A DNA stretch of 64,000 bases from NCBI RefSeq assembly GCF_009914755.1, contig NC_060947.1. The stretch is one strand, 5' to 3'. The position numbers and the translations under genes were made by a program. A model generated the notes under the pieces. That model did no database searches, had not been told where the DNA came from, and saw only the letters and a program-made list of their open reading frames with translations. This DNA is from the human T2T-CHM13v2.0 reference genome, Homo sapiens. The first letter of the stretch is position 1; every line of letters begins with the position of its first letter. This document shows positions 15,221 through 29,880 of this stretch, one piece after another.

Positions 15221-15412
15221 GTGTGTATTATACGTGTGTGTATATATGTCTGTATATACATTATATATTATATATAAATAAAATTTATATATATTAAATT
15301 ATATAAAATTTTATATGTATATATAAATTTTAATATATATATAATTTATATATATATAAATTATATATATATAATTTATATATATATAAATTATATATAT
15401 ATATATATATAA
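15178..15412. repeat. (TG)n/(TA)n compound microsatellite with palindromic 30-bp units
   Basis: ataatttatatatatataaattatatatat occurs twice, at 15341-15400. Confidence 0.95.
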
Positions 15413-15719
15413 ATTCTGTCACTTGCAACAACGTGGATGAATCTGAAGGACATTATGCTAAATTATGCTAAGTGAAATAAGCCAGACACAGAAAGACAAA
15501 TACTGCATGATTTCACTTATATGTAGAATCAAAAAAAGTCAAATGCATGGAAGCAGAAAGTACAAAAGTGGTTGTCAAGGCTTTGGGAATGGGGAAATGG
15601 GGAGATGTTGGTCAAAGAGTAAACACTCTCAGATACAAAGTGAATAAGTTCTGGGGATCTAAAATATCGCATGATACTTATAGTCAGTAATTTTGTATTG
15701 CTTACTTGCAATTGGCTAA

Positions 15720-16051
<332 letters not shown>

Positions 16052-16311
16052 CGAGAGTAGATCGTAAGTCACTTTACCACATACACAAACAATAACAACT
16101 AAATGTGATGACAGATGTGTTAATTTGGTTGTGGGAATTGTTGCAAAATGTATATCAAATCAAGTTTCATGCATTAAATATGAATACCTTTTTGCTAATT
16201 ATGCCTAAATAAAGCTGGGAAAAATTGGTTGGTGAGTACATGTAGTTCAGCTGTATCATTTTGTGTACTTTCAGTGTACTTAAAACACTTGAACATTAAA
16301 AATAAAATAAT

Positions 16312-17470
<1,159 letters not shown>

Positions 17471-17477
17471 GGGCTGT

Positions 17478-19822
17478 GATGCATTCTTCAGCATGCCAAT
17501 TGCATTTTTCAGCTCCAGAATTTGTGCATGACACTTTGTAATTATTTCCATCTCTGTTAAATTTATCTGATGGAATTCTGAATTCCTTTTCTGTGTCATC
17601 TTCAATTTCTTTTAGTTTCCCCAACATAGCTATTTTGAATACTGTATCTGAAAAGTCTCATATCTCTGTTACTCCAGGATTAATCTCTGGTTCCTTGTTT
17701 AGTTCATTTTTTGAGACCTTGTTTTCCTTCATGGTCTTGATACTTGTAAATGTTCTTCTGTGCCTGGGCATTGAAGAGTTATGTATTTACTGTAGTCTTT
17801 GAAGTCTGGCCTTGTTTGTACTCATCCTTCTTGCGAAGGCTTTCAAATATTCAAAATATGGTAGATGTTGTTACCTAAAGTTTATCTGTTTTAGGGGCAT
17901 GCCAAGCCCAGTAATGCTGTGGTTCTTGCAGACTCCTAGTGGTAGCACCTTAATGGTCTTGGACAAAATTGGGGAGGATTTTCTGGATTACCAGGCATAG
18001 ACACTTATTCTCTTCCCTTACTTTGTCCCAGACAGAGTCTCTCTCTGTGTTCTTAGGCCCTTGGAGCTTCAGATTGAGTGACACAACCATGCCTGTGGCC
18101 ACCATCACTAGGATTGTGCTGGGTCAGACCTGAAACCAGCACGGCACTGGGTCTGCTGTAACCACTCCCTGGCTACCACCTATGTTTTCTCAAGGCCCTG
18201 AGCCTCTACTGTTAGCAACTGGCAAAGCCAGCCAGGCCTGTGTCCTTCCCCTTAGGGCATCAGGTTTCCCTCAGCTCTGGGCAGGTCTAGAGGTCCTATC
18301 CAGGAGCTAGGCACTAGAGTCAGAAACCTTAGAAGTCTACCCATTGTTCTGTTGTATTGTGGATCACCTGGCATTCAAACCACAAGATGCGGACTTTCCT
18401 ACTCTCTCCTGCCCTTTCTGAAGTCAAGGGAGCCTGATCCCAAAGCCAACACCATCATAGGCCCATGGGGAGTACTGCCAATATTCCTGAAGTCCAAAGG
18501 GCTCTTCGGTCGGCATGTAGTGGTGAATATTGCCTGAGGTTGGATTCACCCTTCAGGACAATGTGCTCCTCTCTGGCCAAGGGCAGGTCCACAAATGCCT
18601 TCCAAGAGCCAAGTCATAGAATCAGGGACTCCAGGAGCCCACTTGGTCCTCTATGCGCCTGTGGCTGAGTTGGTATCTAAGGTGCAAGCCAAAGTCTCCT
18701 TTACTTTTCCCTCTGCTTTTCTGAAGCAGAAGGAGTCTCACCTTTTATCCAGCACTGCTGAGAATATGTTAAATCTCATCTGAAACTAGCAAGTCTGAGA
18801 GTCTCACACAAAGCCCTTGATGTAGTACCTGGGTATTGCTGCTGCTGGGTATTCAAGGACCAAAGGCACTTCAGTTAGCATTTGATGTATGCTGCCAGGA
18901 CTGTCTTTCCCTTCAAGGCAATAGGTTGCCACCTGGCCTGGGGTGTGTCTAGAAATTTCCTCTGGGGGCTATGGCCTGGAAAGGGGGCCTCATGACTCCG
19001 ATAGGTTCCCTATCCTCCTGTGGCTGAGCTGGTTTCCAAGATGTAAGACAAAGTCCTCGCCACTCTTTCCTCTCCTCTCCTCTCCTCTCCTTAAGTGGAA
19101 GGAATGAGTCTCTTTTGGAGTCAAGAGCTGTGCAGAAGGAGTCTAGGGGTAGGGGATAGGTGATGCCAGCAAGCCCTTAGCAATCCAGGCTGGTGTCTCA
19201 GCAGGTCATATTCCCTCCTAGTCCTCTGGCTCTGGGGGCCAGTTCAGCACTAGGACTCGTCTAGAAGTTGCAGTCCTTGTGGCACAGATTGACTTTCAAC
19301 TTTATTTATAGGTCCAGAGCGCTTTAGCCCATGGTGGCAAGTCTTGCAGGAACTCAAGTTCCAACTTCTTGGATCAGTGCTTCCCCTAAAAAGGGCTGTT
19401 TTAAATGCTCCCTTTGTGGATGGGCATCAGCTGAGCTTGGACTGATTTTGCTTTCTGCTATAACAGGGCAGCACTGAGTTCAATGCCTCACAATTGCTGC
19501 ACTCTCCCTCTCACCAGTGCACAGAAATGCCCTCCACGCCACACGGCTACAGCAGGGGGTTGGAAGAGGGGTGGCATTGGCAATTCAAGACCGCTTTTCC
19601 TACCTCTTCAGTGCCTCTTTCATTGATTTTAATAAGACTAGGTACTGTGAGTGCTCACCTGATTTTTGGTTCTTTTGTTTTTTATTTTTAGGGCCTGCAT
19701 GGTTCCCTTATGATTTTTCGTTCTTATGAGTGTGATTTTTTTGTGTGTAGATGGTTGTTAAACTGGTTTCCTTGAAGGGGATGGGGATAACCAGGGTAAG
19801 TCTTCTATTTTGCCATCTTGCT
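17478..19822 (-). mobile_element. Old L1 (L1M/L1PB) 5'UTR and start of ORF1
   Basis: Ends at gccatcttg (antisense caagatggc, the L1 5' start); internal ~350-bp repeated blocks at 18661 and 19020; ORF1-like tttttcagctccagaattt. Confidence 0.8.
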
Positions 19823-20134
19823 AAACTACAGCTCTTAATGGATTAAATGATAATATTTCCTTACATAGCCAGAGATTTTAGAATTTTGAGTGATTTATGA
19901 TGTTACATTAACATTACTGTATCTGTATCTCTCATTTTCTCTGTTATTTTCAATACAGGCTATGATATTTGTTTGTAAGTTCTTATACAAATTCATGAGG
20001 GTTTGTCAATAAATCCAGTAGCTCTGATTACAATAAATTATTTCCAATAAGCTGTAAATACTCACTGGAAAAAAATACCTAGTAGGGTTTAACTGTGAAT
20101 ATGATAGTGAACATTAGGGCCCCTCAGATAATAA

Positions 20135-20460
20135 GCATGGCACCCACTAGGTAGTTTTGTTTTTATTCTCTCCCACCTCCCACCCTCCACCCTCATATAG
20201 GCCCTGGTGTCTGCTGTTCCCTTCTCTGTGACCATCTGTACTCGATATTTTGTTCCCACTTATAAGAAAGAACATGTGATATCTGATTTTCTGCTCCTTT
20301 ATTAGTTTTTTAGGATAATGGCCTCCAGCTCCATTTATGTTGCTACAAAGGACATGATCTTATTCTTTCTTATGGCCGCATAGTACTCCACAGTGTATAT
20401 GCACATTTTCTTTATTTAGTCTATTGTTGGGCATTTAGTTTAATTCCATGTCTTTCCTAT
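20135..20460 (-). mobile_element. L1PA/PB 3'UTR fragment
   Basis: cccacctcccaccctccaccctc...aggataatggcctccagctcc. Confidence 0.85.
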
Positions 20461-20469
20461 TAAGTTTAG

Positions 20470-21450
20470 CCCAAGTTCTTCACCACTGCCTTTATCATTG
20501 CCCTTTTCACAACTCAAACTTTGAATATTTCTTGTCTGGTGAGACTGAAATAGCCTCTGAAGCTGCTTCTTGTCTCTAGTTTTACAGCACTGACATTAAT
20601 CCTCCTATTGCTCTCTGTAAGACATCTGATGGTGTCACCTTCTGCCACAAATTATTTGACGATTCCTATTCTGATTATCTATTGCTTTTTAAAAAAATAC
20701 TGCAATATCTGGCAGCTTAAAGCCATTTTAGTTGCTCACGATTTTGTGGGTAAGGAATTTAGAAAACGCTCAATTGGGTGGTTCATCTCTGGTACACTGA
20801 TGTATTGGCAGCAGCTGGGGCAGCTGGGGCTGCAGGCTCCATTTCCAAGATGTCTTTTTAAATAATGTTTGACCTTTCAGTGTTTCTTGCTCTGCTTGCC
20901 TTTCTCTGTCTGTTTCTATGCCTCCGACTCTCTCTCCATGGCATATCAACTTTCAGTACTCTCTACATATCTTGGGTTTTTTACAGCATGGCGGTCTCAT
21001 GGTGGGCATAGTTATTACAAGACACCGACATTTCAAGAGTAAAGAGTCCAAAAGACAAAAAGTGTATGGTTTTAGAATCTTAAAACCAGGGCCCACAAAC
21101 TGGAACAGTATCACTGCTACCATATACTATTGCTAAAAGCAGTCACAGTGCTTTCCTTATTTCAAGGGGATGCTAGACCTCAAATCTTTACGGGAGAAAT
21201 TTCCAATAATGTGTGGCAATCTTTAATCCAACACAACTTTCTAATGCTTTCAATATAAAGTTCATTCTCCACACACTATTCATCATTGGGCCATTGCCTA
21301 TCTTTCCAGCATCAATTCATGCAACATCCATCAAACTAATCTTCACTGGTCTCCACAAACACACACATATATTCCAATAATAGTCTCTCTAATGCTCCAG
21401 GTTCTCCCAGCCTTTCATATGTATTTAGACTTCTATGTTCCACTGAAGAC
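20470..21450 (+). mobile_element. L2 remnant flanking an MLT1 LTR
   Basis: Pyrimidine-rich L2-like sequence at 20470-20660 and 21240-21450. Confidence 0.4.
20665..21235 (-). mobile_element. MLT1-family MaLR LTR
   Basis: attatctattgct...gcttaaa...gctcacgattttgtgggtaaggaattt ... aaagcagtcac...ttcaagggga. Confidence 0.75.
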
Positions 21451-21773
21451 AACAAAGAGCTAATAATCACTCCATCACCAGAGTCAATGTTGTTGAGGAA
21501 TGAACTATATTCAATTTTAACTTTAGAACTATGTAGAAACGAAATGAAATTTCCAAATGAAAGCACTTTTAAATCAGAAAAGTTTAAGATATAAATATCA
21601 GCATCCAAAATAGCAACGTGTTCCAGCTATTTCATAGACTTTTAAAAGACATAGACTTTTAAAAGCTCATATCTTTTATGTACAGGTAGGATGTCTTTTT
21701 GGTGTCATTTTTACAGTTAGTATGAACATGTGCATCTTCCAAATACACAGCCATGCAGTGTCAGAGCAAGTCA

Positions 21774-22302
<529 letters not shown>

Positions 22303-23124
22303 TTATTTGCCTTTATCATGGTCTACATTGAAAGAGAGTAAAAAGTCTCCTATACAACCCTAACATGTATAAGAATAACTTGATGGTAGAATAAAAAGTT
22401 CCTGAAGACTATAAAAACTTATGGTGTAGATTTATGATTTCATATGAATCCTCATGCACTCCTAAGGGACATTAACCAGAACAACAAAAACCTTTTCTGT
22501 TTATGAGATTTCATGTTTCAAAGATTCTATCTCAAGGAATTTCTCTCTGCTGTGAAAATACCTATACAGTCACACATATACACTACTGAATAGCAAATAC
22601 CTACATGCCGATTATGCAGACAAATCTGAACTCGATTTGTCCCCAAGATGTCCCAAACACTCTTCTCAGGGTATCTGACTCCAATGAAATAGGACTGTGT
22701 CTCAAATTCAGATTTTGAAAGGTATCTTCTTTAATTATCTTCACAACTTCAGGCATAGATAATACAACTAATTTTAAAAATACAAGTCAATATTCGTGGA
22801 ATCAGAATGTCAAAAATCCTTAGCACTGACCTAATACGCCTCATAACTTTTGCAAAGATTACTGAATTCTTCCATCCACTCAATAAAAAGGAGAATCAGG
22901 ATAGTGATCTATTTTAATGTGCTCTCCTGATGCATAAGAAGGTTGGTGAACTACACCTTTTACAATTATCAAGCCCTGCAGTCAGAACAAGTTTGAATCC
23001 AACTTTTACTGCTTATTGGCTAAGTAAAAGCATGTAAGATTTTGAAATTCTCTTTATCATGGTCTCTCAACTATAAAACATAGATCATAATATTATGTCA
23101 GGATTAAATTATGTGTGTCTTCAT

Positions 23125-23870
23125 CATCATGCTATTCAGAATAGCAAAAACATGAAACCAACCTAGGTGCCCATCAATCATAGACTGGATAAAGAAAATG
23201 TGGTGGCCAGGCACGGTGGCCCATCCCTGTAATCCCAGCACTTTGGGATGCCAAGGCGGGTGGATCACGAGGTCAGGAGTTCAAGACCAGCCTGACCAAC
23301 ATGGTGAAACCCCGTCTCTACTAAAAATGTAAAAATTAGTCCGGTGTGGTGGCACACACCTGTAATCCCAGCTACTCAGGAGGCTGAGGCAGAATGGTGT
23401 GAACCCAGGAGGTGGAGGTTGCAGTGAGCCAAGATTGCACCACTGTACTCTAGCCTGAGTGACAGAGAGAGACTCTGTCTCAAAAAAACAAAAAAACAAA
23501 AAAACAAAAAAAAAATTGGTAAATAAATATACAACATGGAATACTATGCAGCCAGAAAAAAAAATGAAATCATGTCCTCTTCGACAACATAGATAGAGCT
23601 GGAGGTCATAATCCTAAGTGAATTAATGCAGGAACAGGAAACCAAATGCCACATGTTCCTACTTATAGGTGGCAGCTAAACATTGTGTACACATGGACAT
23701 TAACATGGGAATAATAGACACTGTTGATACTAGAGAGAGGAGGCAGGCAGGGGAACATGGGTTGAAAAACTCCCTATTGGGTATTATGCTCACTACCAGG
23801 GTCCAATACACCCACTGAATAATGCTACACATCTATCGCTAGTATCTAAAAAGCTGAAACTTAAAAAGTA
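23125..23870 (+). mobile_element. L1PB-like 3' end interrupted by an Alu
   Basis: acctaggtgcccatcaatcatagactggataaagaaaatgtggt ... gggttgaaaaactccctattgggta. Confidence 0.85.
23205..23515 (+). mobile_element. AluSg-type element
   Basis: ggatcacgaggtcaggagttcaagaccagcc; imperfect TSD aaaatgtggt / aaaattggt. Confidence 0.9.
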
Positions 23871-25042
23871 ATTAGTGTATTCATTGTCTAGTGACTCTCA
23901 ACCAACAGTAACTTTTTTATTAATAATCTTTATTTGGTGGTTATATTTTTTCAGACTCCATTTATTGTGTCTAATCTGAATTTTCTCAGAAAACACTAAG
24001 ATAATTTATTTTAAAAATGTGTAGCCTTATTATATAAATGATACAATATACATGTTTCTAATATCTTAATTTTTCTGTAGGCATGGCAGGAACAATATCC
24101 ACTCTGAATATGATATGATATGACTATAAGATGATATAAAGCACAAAAACCTATGCTCACAATAAACTAGTATGTTTTGCTTTTCCAAAGTAGGTTTCTT
24201 TTGATTCTCACTCCCAACATGAAACAAATTTTATTATTACTACTTTATAGATGAAGAAGCAGCCTCATAAATGTCGAGACTCAGTCATGATCTGATAGCT
24301 AGTATCAAAAATAATTCAGTTGTTCCAGTTCATGCTCATTCTATTCTGCCTTTCTCTTTTTGTCTCTTCCAGCACAATTAGCTATATGGTCACTCACCAT
24401 TCCTGCTCTCTTTCCACAAGATAAGAGTTTTTGTGGGGAGAAGGCTGTTAAACAAGGGATTACAATTTGTACCCTCCTTATCATGAGAGGCCACGTGCCT
24501 TGTTCTGCCTTGCTAAATGTTAATAATGTAATGTGTATCCCTCTTGAGAAAAGGGAAACTAGAGACTTCTTGATGCTGCTAGTCTTCACCAGCAGCTTTG
24601 AGGCCTTGTTAAGGAAGGCAGCGTTATGAAACAGATGAGTAAAAACTCCATTAACAGACTGCATGAAGCCAGAATGAACGCTATACTCACTACTTGAATT
24701 CTAGTTGAGACCATATGTTCTATGTCCATACTTTAAAGGGTATACAGTTTGTGAAGAGTTAGAAAACCAGGGAATTCCAAAAGGTAAGTACTATAACATG
24801 TAATTGAACACAGATGAACATAGAAGGAGCACAGATAATGATGGTGAACTCTAACTCGGAGTCTAGAAAAGGCTATATAATGTAAAAGATATTTAAAGTG
24901 ATCCTTAAGAAATAATCAGACTTTGCCAGTTAGAGAAAGAAACAGACATTCAGTGAAAGAATACTCTCTCCTGTGCCAGCAGACTAAATGAACTCTCCAA
25001 TGATGTGATAGTCTTATTTTTAGTATTGTCTTCTATTTGAAC

Positions 25043-25545
25043 ACTATTCCAGTTATCTACTGATGTGTGAAGAAAACACAACTGCCAAATCCAGCGGCTT
25101 AAAAAATAATCATTAATTAGTTCATGACTCTACAATTTAAGCAGAGCTTGATGAAGAAGGCTGAGTTCTGCTCTGTGTGGCAGTAGCAGAGGGGGCTTAA
25201 CCAATGGGTAGTAGAGTGAAAGAATCATTTAATATGGCTTACTTACAGGGATTACAAGTTTGTACTGGCTGTTGACTTGGTTCACAGCCTGGGATGAAGA
25301 CTTTGATTTCTCACCACATGGGCCTTTCCATGTCCCCTATGATTTCTCAGAGCATAATTCTCTCTAAGGCCAAGGGTACCAAGAGAGAGAAATAGGTGGG
25401 TTGTATCATCTTTTATGACCTATCCTGGAAAGTCAGAGTGCCGCTTTTGCCATAGTCTTTTAGTTTGGATAGTTACAAAGGCCCATACAAATTCAAGAGA
25501 AGGGGACATAAACTGCATGTCTGGAGAGATGAGTGTAAAGGTGCT
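25043..25545 (-). mobile_element. MLT1-family MaLR LTR
   Basis: agttatctactg...gcggcttaaaaaataat; ctcaccacatgggcctttccat; ttttatgacct...ggaaagtca; attcaagagaaggggacata. Confidence 0.75.
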
Positions 25546-26439
25546 AGAAAATATAATCTGATAGAAACACCACAGAATGAGAAAAATCTAAGGATGAAAA
25601 GATGAGTTAGTATCTACCTGAAAAATCTATTCTAATCCCAAGATGTCATGCCAAATTCACAAAAGAAAGCTTAGGTTGTGCTTCTACTTGACTGTTCAGA
25701 ATTTCAAGTTTGTTTCATATTACCTTTCACATAAAGTGCTTGAGGTTGACAATATCTGATATAGCACTGGAAGCTATTGATCTAGGCTTTCCAGTTTGAT
25801 TTGAAGTGTGGCCAGCTGCATTGAGAAAGTTGTGGTTGATGGTTCTCAGTTTCCAAGAGGACAAAGTAAATATAATCGCTTAACAGATGTGTCATGTTAC
25901 ATTTGAGAGAATTATAGAGTGAGGCAGTTATAAGACTGTTGGATAGCTTACTAAAATGGGATCACTTCAGACACCTTCAAGAAAATGTATAATCTCGTTT
26001 GCTGAATTGTTTCAACTCTAATCTAAATTAGAATCAAATAGCGGATTCAATGACTTTGATCTTCTTAGAGATTCATCTTTTACACTTTGATTGGTTAAGT
26101 TTTATGTGCACACTCCACATTCTATAGATTTAAGGTTTAACATGACCTACTCTCCTGCCTCCAGGGTGTATAGTTTAGGAACAGCAGGAAACCATATAAT
26201 TGTAAGATAATGTGATAAGCATTATAGCATAGAAATGAACACTGTTAAAGGAAATGGAAAAAAAGAAAAGGCAGTAAGCTCTGGAGTTTTAGAAAAGGCC
26301 CCAAAAGAAAGACATTTAACGTGACCCTTTAAGAATAAATGGAATTTTTCAGGTAGAGAAGAGATATGAAAACTTAGTATAGCAGCAGACATATGACACA
26401 AGCTCTGTGCTGCATTTGAATTTGTGTGATAACCAGCTA

Positions 26440-27450
26440 AACATAAGGTAATTTTATTTTTTATTTATGTATACATTTAAAATAATAATGAATCTATTAC
26501 ATGTTAACATAAACATATCTCTATGAAAAAACTGCTATATCTCTAAGACAAAATGGAATTAGTAACATTGTTTTCCATATTTTCAAATTTCTTAATCATC
26601 TGGCTTAATTGAAGACAAACAGATACTCATCTCTGCTTCTGTACCTAATTCATTGCAATGTGCTGCTTCGGTTGAGTTCTGTGAAGAAAATACATATCCT
26701 CACACAGTAGTTTCAGTACAGGAATTTTTTTTTGTTTTTTGTTTTTTAACCTTTTATTTATCTATTAAATTGTATTCTTTATTTCAATAGTTTTGGGGGT
26801 ACAGGTGGTTTTTGTTACATGGATTAGTTCTATAGTGGTGAACCGAGATTTTAGTGCACTCATTGCCTGAGTAGTGTACACTGTACCCAATATGTAGTCT
26901 TTTATCCCTTACCTCCTTCCCAATCTCCCCTACCCTGTCTCCAAAGTCCATTAGATCCCTCTGTATGTCTTCGTTTCCTCACACCTCAGCTCCCACTTAT
27001 ATGTGAGAACATACAATATTTGGTTTCTCATGCCTGTAACTTCCTTAGAATAATGGGCTACAGCTCCATCCAAGTTGTTGCAAAAGATATTATTTTATTC
27101 CTTTTTATGGCTGAGTAGTAGTTTCCTTGGTACCTATATACCACATTTTTTTAATCTACTCGTTGGTCGATAGACACTTAGGTTGGTTCTATATCTTTGC
27201 AATTGTGAATTGTGTTTCTATAAACATGTGTGTGCAGGTGTCTTTTTCATATAATGACTTCTTTCAGAAAAGTATTTTAATGATGTTTTCAGATAGTTTT
27301 GGAAATTATTTGACACTGCACTAAAACTCAGCAAGTGGTAGTTTCTTAGGTTTAGTTGCAATGTAAAATTGGAAACCATATTGACATTAAACATTTTTAT
27401 GATTTTAATGATTAAAATAATCAAAATCCACTAGTCTATCTTGCATGGCT
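26440..27450. mobile_element. Charlie1-like hAT DNA transposon fragment interrupted by an L1
   Basis: ctattacatgttaacataaacata, tctggcttaattgaagaca and ctcagcaagtggtagtttctta...tagttgcaatgt. Confidence 0.7.
26725..27263 (-). mobile_element. L1PB 3' end
   Basis: atttcaatagttttgggggtacaggtggtttttgttacatggat. Confidence 0.88.
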
Positions 27451-27451
27451 T

Positions 27452-28365
27452 AATTTTTATTGTATATATTACAGGTGTACAACATGATGCTCTGATATAC
27501 ATATTGAAATGTATACATAATGAAATGACATATACTATAATCAAGCAAATTAACATATCCATAACTTTATACAGTTACCTATTTTTAGTAGTAAGAGCAC
27601 CTAAAATCTATGCCATTAGCAAAATTTCAGTATACCTTTTTTTAGTACAGTTCTTATGAAATGGCATACTGGTATATGAAAATTGATTCATCAAGTAAAT
27701 GCAAATAAAAAACACAATGAGATATCAACCCACACCTGTTAGAATGGCTAAAATCAGACAGAAAAAAAAATATGTGTTGGTGGAGATATGGAGAAAAGGA
27801 AACCCTTGTATACTGTTTGTGGTGATGCAAGTAGGTACAGAAATTATGGAAAACAGTATGAAGGAAGGTTCTCTGAAAATTAAATATAGAAATACCACAT
27901 CACCCAGAAATCCCTCTTCTGGGTATATATCTAAATGAAAGGAAGTCAGCACCTCATAGAGATAACTGTGCTCATGATAATTTCAGCATTATTCAAAATA
28001 GCCAAGATAAAGAAACAACTTAAGTGTCCATCGATGTATAAATGGACAAAGAAACTGTGGTGTGTGTGTATATGTATACATATAAATGTATAATAAAATA
28101 TTATTTAGCCTTAAGGAGATACTGCCATTTGTGACAACATGGATGAGCCTAGGAATCATTATACTCCGTAAAATAAGTGAGACACAGAAAAATACTGCAT
28201 CATGCCACTTATATGTGAAATCTAAAAGTTGAAGGAATAGAAAGAAAGTAGAACCGTTGTTACAGGGACAGGGAGGGGGAGAAAATGGGGATATGTAGGC
28301 CATATGGAACAAACTTGCAGTTATATAGGATGACTAAGTCTAGAGGGCTAATGTATAGCATGAAG
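27452..28365 (-). mobile_element. L1MA8/9-type 5'-inverted insertion (antisense 27452-27635, sense 27660-28365)
   Basis: The antisense terminal 3'UTR abuts a sense segment that ends (ctaatgtatagcatg) just upstream of where the antisense piece begins. Confidence 0.75.
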
Positions 28366-28944
28366 CAGTTTTATTATTATCATTATTTATTAAATAGCAA
28401 AAAAGAATCCTTAGCCATGAGATTCTGGAATACCAACAGCTTTCCAGCACAGAGACCTTGTTTTATATGAGTCCTCTCTGTTGTCTTTTACATAAAAGGA
28501 AGTAAATGCCGCGTGGTGAAATCAATGATGGTCAGGAGGAAATGCAGGTTCACAACTTTAAGTGAACTGAACTGTGGAAATGAAATTTCATCAGGTGGCC
28601 AGAGAAAAAAAGCGGAGCCATGAAGAGAGAGATACTTTTCAGTCCCTGACAACGTGTTATCAAAAGAAAACACATTGTCAATCATGTTGTCAGGAACAAA
28701 ACTTCTAGACAAAGGAAAAATGTACAGAGAAGTAAATGCATATTGACTGGAACTCATCCTCAGACATGTGTAACAGACACACAGATTGACATGTGTAAGA
28801 CACATAGATCTATATATACAAGCGGTTACTGGTTAACATTTATTTTCTCTTAGATGTTTAAAAATGGGAAACAGATGATACCTGATGAAGTTCTCACTAC
28901 GGTGTTAAAATTGTGTAATGTAAAGAATAAAAGCACATGGCTCA

Positions 28945-29106
28945 GACTAATAGTTCTAAAATTTGAAAGGGTATCAGAATACCCTGGAAGGCTTGTTAAA
29001 ATGAAGACTCTGGGTCTCACTCCTGGAGTTTCTATTCAGCAGGTCTGGTGTGAAACCCAAGAATGTGCATTTTTTTTTAAAGTTCCCAGGAAGTGTTGAT
29101 GCTGCC
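28945..29106. mobile_element. MER5A hAT MITE
   Basis: atcagaataccctggaaggcttgttaaaat...gtttctattcagcaggtctgg...gaatgtgcattt. Confidence 0.8.
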
Positions 29107-29222
29107 TGAATTGTAATCCTAAATTGGAATCTTGCCTCTATCACTTAACAGTTATTAATCTTTGGGAAAGTTAACTTCTCTCTGTCTCATTTTCTCATTT
29201 GTAAACTAGAGATATAACACAG

Positions 29223-29880
29223 TGTTGAGGGGCTCCACCCATATACTCCCAGCACTCACCTTTCCAATTCATGCTGCTGGAGTCCCACTGCAAAAACCTG
29301 CCACTGTCCGCCTAAGGACCTATGTTAGGTGCATCCACAGGGCTGACCGAAAGTGCTAGCAAGTTAGTGTGCAAAGAGAAGCCCTCAGCCAATGAGGGAG
29401 AGAAGCTAGAAAATAATGCTGCTGCCTGCTGTCTCTCAGGTGGGAGGAGTCTTAGGCATGTTCTCACCAGTGGTTCTCAAAATGTGGTCTCCAGACCATC
29501 ACCTAGGAACTCGTTAGAAAAATTGCAAATTCTTTGAACCTATCTAAGATACATTGACTCAGACTCTGAGGATGAGCCCCAGAAATAGAGTTTAACAAAC
29601 TCTCCAGGTGATTCTGATACACAACAAAGTTAAGAACCACTGCTCTATACCATCTCCCAGAGAATACCAGCAGGATTGAGTCCAAGATGCCCTGAGCAGC
29701 AACCTGCTTATTAAAATATCCTGTATTCTCTTTCATTCCTTTACAACCTAACCTCTCCAAGTCTCTTATTGGTACTTTCTAGTGTTGCCTCACTTACACA
29801 AACACACACAAATAATAAAACGCACATACTCAAATCCTCAACTCAGTCTCTGCTTCTGTGGGAATCTATTCTATAAGAAA
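29223..29880 (+). mobile_element. LTR16-like ERVL solo LTR
   Basis: gccctcagccaatga, aggcatgttct and caaatcctcaactcagtctctgcttctg. Confidence 0.65.
29468..29642. mobile_element. MER5A nested in the LTR
   Basis: TIRs cagtggttctc ... agaaccactg. Confidence 0.85.
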
